NCBI GenBank assembly: GCA_965263295.1
Contig: OZ253665.1
Span: 768,001-832,000 of the forward strand
Source of the DNA: Spirochaetia bacterium
GTDB taxonomy: Bacteria > Spirochaetota > Spirochaetia > SP-2023
DNA: 64,000 nucleotides
Direction: 5' to 3'
The translations under genes were made by a program, and so were the position numbers. A model generated the notes under the pieces. That model did no database searches. It was not told where the DNA came from and worked only from the letters and a program-made list of their open reading frames with translations. Numbering within the stretch: position 1 is the stretch's first letter; each line of letters starts with the position of its first letter. Shown in pieces: positions 32,669 to 42,698 of this stretch.

Positions 32669-33733
32669 TTAGATGTGGGGTGTATCCGTTGAATATTGTA
32701 TTATGACATACGCAATATATGCCAAAATTAACAGAGCTCCGTACCACTTGGGGACAATCCAGTGGCTGCGGCGTAGCTGGGCCAGAAATACCAGGCGCAA
32801 ACTCCAGAGTACGAACAGCATCATGGGAAAGTGGATGCGGAAAAACGCGGCTTCTACTGGGATGGGATTGGTGGCGCTGGCGGCGCCTATTACAAATAAG
32901 GCGTTGAGGATATCAGCACCCACAATATTGCCAAAGCCCAAAGTTTCGGTTTTTTTACGGATTGACGTCAAAGTGGTCGTCAGCTCTGGCAGTGAGGTAC
33001 CAAAGGCCACCAGCGTGGTGGCGATTATATCCTGGGAGACTTTGAGTCGCAGGGCAAAGATTTCGACTTGAGGCAAGAGGACTCGGCTGCTGGCGACGAC
33101 AAAGATCAAGCCTAAAAGCAGGAAAACAATACTGGCTGGCAGGCTGAGTTCTTCTATATTTTCTTCGCCGTTCAAAGTTGTCGACAACTCTGGCGGATTG
33201 GGTTCTTCTACTTGTTTAAGTTTCGCCTGTTTAATTTTTACCTGTTTAATTTTCACCTGGTGCAAGTAAGTTTGCAGCAAGTAAATCCCCAGTAAACCGA
33301 GCGAAATAAAGCCAAACCATCGCGGCAGTATGTGCTGGGGCAGCAGGAAGGCAAAAAGGACCAGCCCGCTAGCCGAAAGGTCACGCCACCAAGAGGCGCT
33401 GGAAATATTGCGTCTTTCTAGAAGCACGTGCCCGAGTAAAATCAGTAGGCCCATAATTAGGGCTGTGTCGGCGATGATAGAACCGACACCGTTGCCGAGA
33501 GCCAGGCCGCTATCGCCGTAAAAAGCCGCAAATACCGAGACCACCATTTCTGGGATTGTGGTGCCGAGGGAAACAATGGTAGCGCCAATGACTAGCGGCG
33601 AGAGCCCGGTATATCTGGCTAGCGCGGCTGCGCCGTCAACCATTTTGTCGGCCGAAACACCGAGTGCCAGAATGGATACAATGATGCTCAGCAATAGCGC
33701 CCAAGTGGGAAAAGCCTGAAAAAATCCGTACAT
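32669..33733 (-). CDS. Calcium/sodium antiporter (CaCA, YrbG-like)
   Basis: Two alpha-repeats GTTIPE and GTSLPE; GNGVGS, GNIVGA. Confidence 0.9.
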   Translation of the reverse strand: MYGFFQAFPTWALLLSIIVSILALGVSADKMVDGAAALARYTGLSPLVIGATIVSLGTTIPEMVVSVFAAFYGDSGLALGNGVGSIIADTALIMGLLILLGHVLLERRNISSASWWRDLSASGLVLFAFLLPQHILPRWFGFISLGLLGIYLLQTYLHQVKIKQVKIKQAKLKQVEEPNPPELSTTLNGEENIEELSLPASIVFLLLGLIFVVASSRVLLPQVEIFALRLKVSQDIIATTLVAFGTSLPELTTTLTSIRKKTETLGFGNIVGADILNALFVIGAASATNPIPVEAAFFRIHFPMMLFVLWSLRLVFLAQLRRSHWIVPKWYGALLILAYIAYVIIQYSTDTPHI

Positions 33734-33771
33734 AACGTTTGACGCAAGTCCTCGTTGTGCTGGGTCTGGGT

Positions 33772-34227
33772 TTAGAGCTGCTGGAGCTTCATCATCTGCT
33801 CAATGCGCAGAGCATGGCGGCCACCTTCAAAAGTGGTGTTTAGATACGCGTCGAGGATGCTTTCGGGGCTTTCGGCATAATCAATGCGCGCGCCAAAGGC
33901 GACGAAGTTGGCGTCATTGTGTTTTTTGGCCATTTCAGCGGCATAGGTATTCTGCGGCAAGGCACAGCGGATACCGCGCATCTTATTCGCCGAAATGGAA
34001 ATGCCAATACCCGTGCCGCAGATCAGCACGCCAAAGGCATAGCCTCCTTTTTGATACTGGCTGCAGGCCTTTTGGGCAAATTCAGCGTAACTGTGGGGCT
34101 CAGAGCCGTGTGCGCCCAAGTCTTCGACCTGGCAGCCTCGTTGTTCCAAATGAATTTTAAGGCGTTGTTTGAGCTCAGGCGAACTGTGATCGCCGGCGAT
34201 AATAACTTTAATGACTTTGTCCAACAT
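33772..34227 (-). CDS. rpiB: Ribose-5-phosphate isomerase B
   Basis: GDH, ICGTGIG, ANK, HNDAN, FEGGRH. Confidence 0.93.
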   Translation of the reverse strand: MLDKVIKVIIAGDHSSPELKQRLKIHLEQRGCQVEDLGAHGSEPHSYAEFAQKACSQYQKGGYAFGVLICGTGIGISISANKMRGIRCALPQNTYAAEMAKKHNDANFVAFGARIDYAESPESILDAYLNTTFEGGRHALRIEQMMKLQQL

Positions 34228-34262
34228 GCGAAATCCTCAATTTATAATAAATATAATAACTT

Positions 34263-35375
34263 TTATCCAGTTCCGTGTTTCCCGCGCCCGGGCCTTTTAC
34301 TGGATACGCGCTTGCGTCTGGGATATTGATTTCCATAGTTTTCCGTTGTGCGGCCTCTTGACTTCTCTCTTGACATCTCTCTTGGTTTCTCTTTTAGTTC
34401 CCCTCTTGATTTTCTCTTGCGATCAGTTAAATTTTGGCGCTTCCCATCTGGCAAGGTGCCTAGGTTTTGCGGAGATTTGCGCGGCAGCTCGCGCGCGGCA
34501 GCGTCACCAAACGGGCGATCAAACGAACGGTGAAATGGGCGCGCGGGCGCGTTGTAAAGTCCGCGCTGAGCCTTTTTGTGTCGTCCGTCATGTCGAGCCG
34601 ATTGCTGTTTTCGTTTGACGGGGGAGCTCAAGTCTTGTGGGCCTTCGTCAGATTGCAGGGCTTTGAGCTCATAAGGCCGGAGTTTTCTAAACGCGCCGGG
34701 GGCGAGACCACTGAGCTTGACGATGCCAATGCGCAGGCGATGCACGCGTTTGAGCGGAATGTGAAAGTGCTCAAAGACACGGCGAATTTCACGGTTGAGG
34801 CCTTCGGTCAAAACCAAGCGAACTTGACGTTGCCCGATCATTTGGTAACGACGCAATTGGTATTTTACTCCATCAATCGCAATGCCACGCATCCAGTGTC
34901 GCAGGAGAAATTCAGGGATATATTTGCGCGTTTTGACCTCGTACTCTTTTTCCACGCGACGAGAAGGATGTTGCACGGCTTGTGCAAAATCGCCGTCGTT
35001 GGTAAAAAAGATCAGGCCACTGCTATTTTTGTCCAGGCGTCCGACGTGAAATAGGCGCTCGCTGTAAACGGGCCGGATCAGGTCGATGGCGCACGGCCGC
35101 CCCTCTGGGTCGGAGTTGCTCGTCAAGTAGCCTGGGGGCTTGTGCAGGGCCAGATATAGTAGGCTTTGCACTGGACGCGGCTGTATACCGACTCCTTCTG
35201 CCCGCACGCCCTGCCCAGGGCGTACCGGTTGCCAGGCTTCAGTGCAGATTCTGCCATCCAGCTCAACTTTGCCCGCGGCAATCAGTTCGGCGGCCTTGCG
35301 GCGAGAGCAGTGCCCCGATTTTGATATATAGCGTTGAAGGCTGGGATGAGCTTGGGCAGAGCTGGCGGTCTTCAA
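34263..35375 (-). CDS. rRNA pseudouridine synthase (RsuA/RluB family) with basic low-complexity tail
   Basis: S4 domain SRRKA, HKPPGY, GRLD, EGLNREIRR. Confidence 0.9.
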   Translation of the reverse strand: MKTASSAQAHPSLQRYISKSGHCSRRKAAELIAAGKVELDGRICTEAWQPVRPGQGVRAEGVGIQPRPVQSLLYLALHKPPGYLTSNSDPEGRPCAIDLIRPVYSERLFHVGRLDKNSSGLIFFTNDGDFAQAVQHPSRRVEKEYEVKTRKYIPEFLLRHWMRGIAIDGVKYQLRRYQMIGQRQVRLVLTEGLNREIRRVFEHFHIPLKRVHRLRIGIVKLSGLAPGAFRKLRPYELKALQSDEGPQDLSSPVKRKQQSARHDGRHKKAQRGLYNAPARPFHRSFDRPFGDAAARELPRKSPQNLGTLPDGKRQNLTDRKRKSRGELKEKPREMSREKSRGRTTENYGNQYPRRKRVSSKRPGRGKHGTG

Positions 35376-36196
35376 TTTGGCTCGGCCTGTTTGGTTGGTT
35401 GTATTGGCTGTTTAGTCGATTGTTCTGCCTTGGTATTTTTCTGGGCACTTTCCTGGATATTCTCTTGGGTATTCTCTTGGGTATTTGGGGGGGCTTTGGC
35501 ATTGTTCTTGGCTCTGCGCTTTGGTTTAGCCTTGAGCCTCTTGAGCTTTTGGGGCCTTTTGGCAGCATCTTGGGTGCTAATTTCTTTCAGAATTCCCAGG
35601 GCATAATTTTTACCCATTGCAAAATCATCATGGCCTTTGTAGACGGAGACTGGAGTTGAAATCATGGTGCGCAAGAAAAAGTTTTCGACGCGATAAATTA
35701 GCTCAAAGTAAATGAAATCTTCAGTTAAGTATTGCAACAATTGGCCCTGAATTCCACCCGATGTCTCAAGCTTGCCCAGGTTTTGGGCATTTTTGACAAA
35801 ACCGTAGGCGGTGCGCATTAAAAAACTGCTGTAGTCATCCAGGCTGACGTTCGGGCGCTTGTTGACAATGTATTGAGTCTGAGCAAAGAAGTCTTCAGCC
35901 TTGTTCGCCCCGAAGAACAGCGACTTAGCCCCCGCGACAAGCTGCTTGCTCATCTGGCTGACTTGAGCTTCATATGGGCTGCCGACTTCGCTGCCCTCTG
36001 GATAGATCTGCCAAGTCTGATCAAAGGGGATAATCAAGATTCCCGCATTTTGATCCTGGCCTTGCAACGGGAATTCGGTAATATTTTTACCCGGCTCAAC
36101 GTTTGCATTTTTGCTGAGGCAACTACTCAAAATAAATGACAAAAGGGCAAACAGCGGGTACATTAGGCTGTATTTTTTTACAGGGAAATACTTCAT
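35372..36196 (-). CDS. Hypothetical lipoprotein
   Basis: Lipobox LSSC, GGAGG RBS, low-complexity C-terminus. Confidence 0.65.
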   Translation of the reverse strand: MKYFPVKKYSLMYPLFALLSFILSSCLSKNANVEPGKNITEFPLQGQDQNAGILIIPFDQTWQIYPEGSEVGSPYEAQVSQMSKQLVAGAKSLFFGANKAEDFFAQTQYIVNKRPNVSLDDYSSFLMRTAYGFVKNAQNLGKLETSGGIQGQLLQYLTEDFIYFELIYRVENFFLRTMISTPVSVYKGHDDFAMGKNYALGILKEISTQDAAKRPQKLKRLKAKPKRRAKNNAKAPPNTQENTQENIQESAQKNTKAEQSTKQPIQPTKQAEPN

Positions 36197-36478
36197 ATTT
36201 ACCTCCTGTTCATGCTTGCAAGAATTTTAAATTATTTTAAATTATTTTCAATCATAAAATTGCTTGTTATCCATGTCAAGGTTTTCTCCTGCTCATGTCA
36301 AGCTAGAGTCGAGCCAGAATTGTATTTCCCGCCGTTCAAAAAGATTTCAAGCATTTTTGCCGTTTCATGGCCCAGTTGGCGTGATGACAAGTCTTGCGAT
36401 TTGCCGGCCATAATTTTATGCTTGGTTTTATGCTGAGTTTTTGCTTGCGAAGTCATATTAAGTTTGTCTGGAGGCTTT

Positions 36479-37414
36479 ATGTCTAATCCCACATCCGCGG
36501 CACCGGGGCCGGCAAAGCGACTGAGCGTCTGCGCTTTTTACAAATTTGTGAGATTAGAAGACTATCGGGAATTACAGATGCCGTTGAAAGAGTTCTGCGT
36601 GGAGCAGGGGATCTGCGGGACCATACTGCTGGCCCGCGAGGGTTTTAACGGCACTGTTGCGGGCACTGCCGCCGCAATTGCCGCATTTAAGCGACGCCTA
36701 AATGAAGATGAGCGCTTGCGCGGCAGCGAGATCAAGGATTCCTGGGCTCGCGAAATGCCATTTGGCCGCATGAAAGTGCGTATTAAAAAAGAAATTGTGG
36801 CTTTGGGGGCTCCAGAAATTAATCCGGCAGAGCGCCGAGGGACTTATGTCGCTCCTGAGGAATGGAATGTGAAAGTCCTGGATCGAGGGATTCCGCTGAT
36901 TGATACCCGCAACGATTACGAATGTGTTTTGGGCAGCTTTCCCGGCGCGCTTGACCCGAAGACTAAAACGTTCAGAGAATTCAAAGACTATGTCGCAACG
37001 CTGGATCCAAAGCAGATGCCTGAAGTGGCCATGTTTTGTACTGGCGGCATTCGCTGTGAAAAAGCCTCGGCTTACATGCTGAGCCAGGGTTTTGAGGAAG
37101 TTTATCATCTGAAGGGTGGGATACTTCAATATTTAGAAGATGTGCGCGAAGACAACCGTTGGCAAGGTGAGTGTTTTGTATTTGACGATCGTATTGCCCT
37201 CAGGCAGGGATTGGAGCTCGGCGATTCCAGCCACTGTATGAATTGTCAAAGTTCTCTCAAGCCAGAAGATCTGAGCAAGGGTAAGCATTGGGAATACGGA
37301 GTATCGTGTCGTCACTGTTATAACCAAACTTCTGCGAGGCAAAAGGCGGAGCTGCGGCGCCACTTGCAGCAGAAGCAAAGACAACTGCGATTATCCAGCT
37401 CTGAAGCGGTTTGA
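36479..37414 (+). CDS. trhO: tRNA uridine(34) hydroxylase, rhodanese family
   Basis: FYKF, GTILLAREG, IDTRNDYE, FCTGGIRCEKAS, GECFVFDDR. Confidence 0.9.
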   Translation: MSNPTSAAPGPAKRLSVCAFYKFVRLEDYRELQMPLKEFCVEQGICGTILLAREGFNGTVAGTAAAIAAFKRRLNEDERLRGSEIKDSWAREMPFGRMKVRIKKEIVALGAPEINPAERRGTYVAPEEWNVKVLDRGIPLIDTRNDYECVLGSFPGALDPKTKTFREFKDYVATLDPKQMPEVAMFCTGGIRCEKASAYMLSQGFEEVYHLKGGILQYLEDVREDNRWQGECFVFDDRIALRQGLELGDSSHCMNCQSSLKPEDLSKGKHWEYGVSCRHCYNQTSARQKAELRRHLQQKQRQLRLSSSEAV

Positions 37415-37673
37415 CGCGGCGGAGTTAAGTCCAAGCCCGTAAATTATAAGCTAGACGTCAATATTTTGCCAATATTACCAATATATCGCAAATATAGAGT
37501 CATTTGTATTGATAAATACTATCAAATATTTGTGTATTTTTTACTTGATAATTGCTCATATTGTAATTACATTTTAAATATATTTTTATCAGATATCTGA
37601 GACACGATTTATAAAATGGTTCAGCAATAATTCTTGTTATAGTTTATGATTATCTTTTCTGGGGGCGACGAAT

Positions 37674-39038
37674 ATGATTAGTGTTTTCGATATTTATAAA
37701 ATCGGAGTGGGCCCTTCCAGTTCCCACACTGTCGGTCCGATGAAGGCGGGTAAACAGTTTGTTGATGATTTGCGCGCACAGGGGAAATTGTGCGACATCA
37801 CGAAAATTACCGTCGATTTATATGGGTCCTTATCACTGACGGGGAGAGGCCACCACACGGATATCGCCATCATTATGGGGCTTGCCGGCAATACCCCTGA
37901 GAAAGTGGATATCGACTCCATTCCGGCCTTCATCGCTCGCGTAGAAGAAACCGAGCGCCTTCCTGTCGGCATGCACGCTCACACCGTATCTTTTCCCAAA
38001 GCCGGCGGCATAAACTTCCACGCGACTAACCTTGAGCGGCATGAAAACGGCATGCAGATCCAAGCCTGGACCAATGATGAAAAAGTGTATTCAAAGACGT
38101 ATTACTCAATTGGCGGTGGTTTCATTGTCGACGCAGAGAACTTTGGCCAAGATGAAGGCGGCGGCATCCCCGTTCCTCACGAATATACTTCCGCTGCGGA
38201 GCTGGTCGCTGAATGTAAAGAGAGCGGCCTTTCTGTAAGCGCATTGGTAATGGAAAATGAATGCGCCTTGCATTCAGATGCCGAGACGCGCACTTACTTT
38301 GCCACCATCTGGAAGACCATGCGCGAATGTATGGATCGCGGCATGAACAAAGAGGGATTTCTTCCCGGCGTGCTGCGTGTCCCGCGCCGGGCGGCGGCAT
38401 TGCGCCGGCAACTGCTGGCTTCGGAAAGCGTGAGCAAGGATCCGATGTCGGTGATGGACTGGGTCAACATGTTCGCGTTCGCCGTAAATGAAGAAAATGC
38501 CGCCGGTGGTCGCGTTGTGACCGCGCCGACGAATGGGGCGTGTGGCATCGTGCCGGCGGTGCTCGCTTATTATGATAAGTTCATCCAGGCGGTAGCGGAG
38601 AAAGACTTGGTCCGTTACTTCGCCGCTTCTGGTGCAATTGGCGTTCTGTACAAGCGCAACGCTTCAATATCTGGTGCTGAAGTGGGCTGTCAGGGCGAAG
38701 TCGGCGTGGCTTGTTCAATGGCGGCGGCAGGTCTGACGGAGTTGATGGGGGGCAACCCCGAACGAGTTTGCATGGCCGCGGAAATCGCCATGGAGCACAA
38801 TTTGGGGCTCCCATGCGACCCTGTGGCCGGTTTGGTGCAGGTACCTTGTATTGAACGCAATGGCATAGCCGCGGTCAAAGCGATCAATTCCTCTCACATG
38901 GCGCTACATCGTTCATCCGAGTCCGTGGTATCTCTGGATAAGGTTATCGAGGCCATGATGGAGATAGGTAAAGACATGAACGCTAAATATCGTGAAACTT
39001 CTCAAGGCGGTTTGGCCATCAAAGTGGCTTGCGAGTGA
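37674..39038 (+). CDS. sdaA: L-serine ammonia-lyase, single-chain Fe-S type
   Basis: [52 protein letters not shown]. Confidence 0.96.
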   Translation: MISVFDIYKIGVGPSSSHTVGPMKAGKQFVDDLRAQGKLCDITKITVDLYGSLSLTGRGHHTDIAIIMGLAGNTPEKVDIDSIPAFIARVEETERLPVGMHAHTVSFPKAGGINFHATNLERHENGMQIQAWTNDEKVYSKTYYSIGGGFIVDAENFGQDEGGGIPVPHEYTSAAELVAECKESGLSVSALVMENECALHSDAETRTYFATIWKTMRECMDRGMNKEGFLPGVLRVPRRAAALRRQLLASESVSKDPMSVMDWVNMFAFAVNEENAAGGRVVTAPTNGACGIVPAVLAYYDKFIQAVAEKDLVRYFAASGAIGVLYKRNASISGAEVGCQGEVGVACSMAAAGLTELMGGNPERVCMAAEIAMEHNLGLPCDPVAGLVQVPCIERNGIAAVKAINSSHMALHRSSESVVSLDKVIEAMMEIGKDMNAKYRETSQGGLAIKVACE

Positions 39039-39121
39039 AGCTGATCAAAATATTGGCCATAGCCGTATCCCCGGTTCCACAAGAATATAGAAAGATTACG
39101 GCGAAAATATTTGAAAAATAC

Positions 39122-39150
39122 TTGCCAAAGTTGGTTTTGGGCAATATACT
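39122..39150 (+). promoter_or_regulatory. Sigma70 promoter of the large surface lipoprotein
   Basis: TTGCCA-N17-TATACT; imperfect inverted repeat TTGCC...GGCAA spans -35 and spacer. Confidence 0.6.
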
Positions 39151-39279
39151 AGAGCTGTTGTAGGCGCTTCTATTGGCAAGTTTGCCCGTGCCTGCGAACC
39201 AATATTATTATTTTCTATTTCATATCGTTCCTCATTTAAAATTTGTAGCCCACATTCTTTTTATAAGGAGGATACAGAT

Positions 39280-42200
39280 ATGTCATCTGACCTAATTTTT
39301 AAACGGCTCTTTGCCGTCAGCCTTGTGCTTTTGGCCCTGTTTGTTTGGGGTTGTGAGGATGATTCATCCGATTCGGACTCTGGGCCCAAAACATTAATTG
39401 ACCTGGACTCAAAGAGAATTGACGATACCGGGGAAATTCAATTTTATATTGATTCCTTTATTAAAGACGAGTACATCGTCTTGGAAGATAGCGAGCTGGG
39501 CACGGAGGATCTGGCCGATTTTTGGGCTGATGTGGTCGTGCGCTGGGGTCTGCGCCAAAAAATGGCAGACAGTGAGGCGACAGATGAAGCCGCCGAAAAT
39601 TCAGAAGCTGAAGCAAGCGCCTCTGAAGATTCTGCTGAGACTGCGGATGAAATTGCCGAAACTTTCTGGCTGCAGCGGAGTGAAAATTACAATGATGGCG
39701 GCGATGCCACTGAATATCAGATCACGGCGGTAGAGGGTGAAAAACAATTTTTTGTCCTCGATCCTCAGGATTGGAAAGATTATTTGCCTGTTGAATGGTC
39801 CGATATTTCCGCCGGTGAATTAGAGGTGGTGGTTGAGGCTTTCTTGGCCACCCAAACTGCCGAAGGGCAATTCCAGGCCACGGCCAGCATTGAGCTGCCG
39901 GAAAAATTCTCGATGCGGATACAGCCTTGGGCAACTTTAAGTCCTGCCACTGTAGCCGATCCGAAGATATACTGGGAGATTGGCACGACGGGATTCGCAA
40001 ATGGCGAGGATGAGCGCGATGCCGCACTCACGCTTGATGCGGCGCCGACCGCTGTGTCGGTGGGTTCGGATGTGATGGTCGTAGTTTCTGCGAAAGGCGG
40101 TGTAGAATCGATGAGCAGCTTTACCTACGAGTGGCAGTTGCTCGACGAGGATGGAGCAGTGCAGGAGGAAAAGCAGGAAACTACCCAAGGTTCTGCGAAA
40201 TTCACTTTTACAGCTGAAAATCCGGGTATAAAGACGGTAAAAGTTGAGGTCAGCGATGACCGCGATGGTAGGGCGACGGCCGAGCGAAAATTTGATTTCA
40301 AGGTGGCGCCAGCTGGCTTGCGGGTTGTCAACCCGTCGGGATCGCAGATTTTGCAGCTGGCTAGTGGTGAAAAGCCAAGTATGACATTTGAGGCCGTGGT
40401 TGATGGAGAAGCTGATGGGCTAAGTTACACTTGGCATCTGTATGCGCAAGAAGACCAAGACGACCAAGACGACAATGGCGACTGGTCTGAATCGTCCCAT
40501 ATAATAGGCGAGGGAGCGAGCCTGGAGTATGAGTTTCGCGAAAGGGCGGGCCGCTACTTGGTTAAGGTTGAGGCGCAGGATGAGCATGGCCAGGCGGCGC
40601 AGCCGGCATCCGCTGGGGCAGATAGCGTGGAAGTGCAGCTGAATGCGCAGCCGCAGCTGAGCTTTGCGCAGCCGACGGCTGGGAACTCTGGCACGGCCAG
40701 GGCGGGCGAAACTGTCAACTTTGCAGTGACTGTGAGCGACGAGGAATCAAGTGAGGGTTTTAGATACCAGTGGGAGTCCCGGGCACCTGGGGCTGGCGAC
40801 TGGACGCAAGGCGCGCAGACAGAGGCTTTTACGCTGGCAACGAAGGGTTTTGCAGCAAGTGAGGGTCCGTATCAAGTGCGGGTGACGGTTAAGGATGAGG
40901 ACGGCGGCAGTGCCGAGGCGGTTTACCAGTTGACCTTGGAGCCTAACGATGCGCCGGAGATTAACTTTCTGGCTGGCACGGTTGCAGATGGTAAATGGTT
41001 GCAGCTTGAAGACGTGAATGATCCTACGGAGCCGCAGGCCTTTAAAGTTTTGGCTCAGGACGAAGATGGCGGAGAGCTGACCTACAGCTGGGAGGTCAAT
41101 GGTGTGAAGCAGGAAGGCGAAACAGGCCCGGAAGCCAACCTGACCTTGTACTCGCCGCTAAAGGGTTTGAGTCAGGATGAGATTGAAGCGATGAGCGCCA
41201 ATGCGCGCCACGAGGTGGTGGTGATAGCAACGGTGACGGATGACATGGGGGAGAGCGTGTCGCAATTTCGAAAACTGTACGTGAATGTGGCGCCAAGGAT
41301 TGCTAATTTTACGAAGCCTTCAAGCGGAGACTCCAGCACGGCCAGGGTGGGCCAGGATATTGGGTTTGCCGTGAATGTTAGCGACGAGGAATCAAGTGAG
41401 GGTTTTAGATACCAGTGGGAGTACCAGGCACCTGGGGCTGGAGACTGGACGCGAGGCGCGCAGACAGAGGCTTTTACGCTGGCAACGAAGGCACTTGCTT
41501 CAAATGAGGATCCGTATCAGGTGCGGGTGAAGGTCATGGATGAGGACGGCGGCAGTGCCGAGGCAACCTACGGCTTGACCCTGCAGCCCAACCGTGCGCC
41601 AACGCTAGAGTTTGCGGATGGTACGGTGGCGGAAAGCATTTGGCTTGAAGAGTCTGTATGGGAGATTGGGGATCTTAAGAATTGGAGAGTTATAAAAGCT
41701 CGGGTTGATCCTTCTCTGCTGAATCCTACATGGGTGCAGCTTGAGAGCTTGGATCAGGGTACCCAATTATCTGTGGTGGCCCAAGACCTAGATGGCGATG
41801 CTTTGACCTACGACTGGACGGTCAACGGCGAGACTCCGCAGACGAAAGACATCCAGGTGACGAAGACGCTAACCAACGAGACTGTGAAGCTGCAGCTGTA
41901 CTCGCCCGTAAAGGACAAGACAGAAGATCAGATTAAAAGTATGAGCGCTGAAGAGCGCCACAAGGTGGTGGTTGCGGTGACGGTGAGCGATGACATGGCA
42001 AACAGTGATAAGTTAACGCGAACATTGTACGTGAATGTGGCACCGGAGATAGAAGAAATGATTTCGCATAAGGGAAAGTATCATGGCGAATTGCAGTCGA
42101 TCGGAAAGGATCCAGACGGTGGTGATTTTATACCACTTTTTGAGTGGCAGTTTAGGACATATGGTAGCACTGATGATTTTGTAGCCACATCTCCGGCATA

Positions 42201-42342
42201 TATATATCGCTCATTTATGACGCTCGATCCTAATGTACTAGATATGGAGATGCGGATCAGATCGGTAGACCGTCATGGAGGCGTGAGCCAATGGCTCTAT
42301 CATGATCTTTTGCGAGCCGACTACTTTCCCGATTCCCGGTAG
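39280..42342 (+). CDS. Large acidic surface lipoprotein with tandem Ig/PKD-like domains (putative adhesin)
   Basis: AAGGAGG RBS, lipobox VWGC, repeated D.DG..L.Y.W and V.V.D.DGG motifs, N-x-A-P domain boundaries. Confidence 0.8.
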   Translation: MSSDLIFKRLFAVSLVLLALFVWGCEDDSSDSDSGPKTLIDLDSKRIDDTGEIQFYIDSFIKDEYIVLEDSELGTEDLADFWADVVVRWGLRQKMADSEATDEAAENSEAEASASEDSAETADEIAETFWLQRSENYNDGGDATEYQITAVEGEKQFFVLDPQDWKDYLPVEWSDISAGELEVVVEAFLATQTAEGQFQATASIELPEKFSMRIQPWATLSPATVADPKIYWEIGTTGFANGEDERDAALTLDAAPTAVSVGSDVMVVVSAKGGVESMSSFTYEWQLLDEDGAVQEEKQETTQGSAKFTFTAENPGIKTVKVEVSDDRDGRATAERKFDFKVAPAGLRVVNPSGSQILQLASGEKPSMTFEAVVDGEADGLSYTWHLYAQEDQDDQDDNGDWSESSHIIGEGASLEYEFRERAGRYLVKVEAQDEHGQAAQPASAGADSVEVQLNAQPQLSFAQPTAGNSGTARAGETVNFAVTVSDEESSEGFRYQWESRAPGAGDWTQGAQTEAFTLATKGFAASEGPYQVRVTVKDEDGGSAEAVYQLTLEPNDAPEINFLAGTVADGKWLQLEDVNDPTEPQAFKVLAQDEDGGELTYSWEVNGVKQEGETGPEANLTLYSPLKGLSQDEIEAMSANARHEVVVIATVTDDMGESVSQFRKLYVNVAPRIANFTKPSSGDSSTARVGQDIGFAVNVSDEESSEGFRYQWEYQAPGAGDWTRGAQTEAFTLATKALASNEDPYQVRVKVMDEDGGSAEATYGLTLQPNRAPTLEFADGTVAESIWLEESVWEIGDLKNWRVIKARVDPSLLNPTWVQLESLDQGTQLSVVAQDLDGDALTYDWTVNGETPQTKDIQVTKTLTNETVKLQLYSPVKDKTEDQIKSMSAEERHKVVVAVTVSDDMANSDKLTRTLYVNVAPEIEEMISHKGKYHGELQSIGKDPDGGDFIPLFEWQFRTYGSTDDFVATSPAYIYRSFMTLDPNVLDMEMRIRSVDRHGGVSQWLYHDLLRADYFPDSR
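40690..42045 (+). repeat. Internal tandem duplication of a two-domain module (645-bp offset)
   Basis: AGCGACGAGGAATCAAGTGAGGGTTTTAGATACCAGTGGGAG at 40735 and 41380; GTACGTGAATGTGGC (YVNVA) ends both copies. Confidence 0.9.
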
Positions 42343-42464
42343 TTGAATACGGGCCAGAGGAACTCTGAGAGGTAACCACGAAAGTACACGAAGACTGCGA
42401 AAGGTCACGAAAGTTAGGCAGGGGAGGCGGGAATTTTCCTTTTGGTGGCAGGGAAAAAGTTAAA

Positions 42465-42602
42465 ATCGATCATCCTGCTTTTGGTCCCGCTATTTATAAA
42501 GTCCAGGCCAGATTGGAAGACGACCATGGTGGAAAAAGTTTGCCGCGAGGTGCTAGGACTAAAAAATTTTACGATGGGTGGGAGAGCTTCCAGCCCTTCT
42601 AG
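42465..42602 (+). pseudogene. Orphan 3' fragment resembling the C-terminus of the upstream surface lipoprotein
   Basis: IDHPAFGPAIYKVQARLEDDHGGKS...QPF* versus the gene's MEMRIRSVDRHGGVS and YQVRVTVKDEDGGS; no start codon or RBS. Confidence 0.55.
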
Positions 42603-42665
42603 AGAGGCGGAGAAGATGGAACGTTAATTGGCATGAATTTCTGCCTGTGATATGACGAGCCGCGC

Positions 42666-42698
42666 AAGCGAGTAGCCTTTAAGGTTGCTCGCTTTTTT
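42666..42698 (+). terminator. Rho-independent terminator
   Basis: AAGCGAGTAGCCT-tta-AGGTTGCTCGCTT stem (with G-U pairs) followed by a T tract. Confidence 0.75.

Noticed and set aside
40690..41600. Diversity-generating retroelement TR/VR pair
   Set aside because: Both copies are in-frame in one gene, mismatches are not confined to adenines, and there is no reverse transcriptase in the window.
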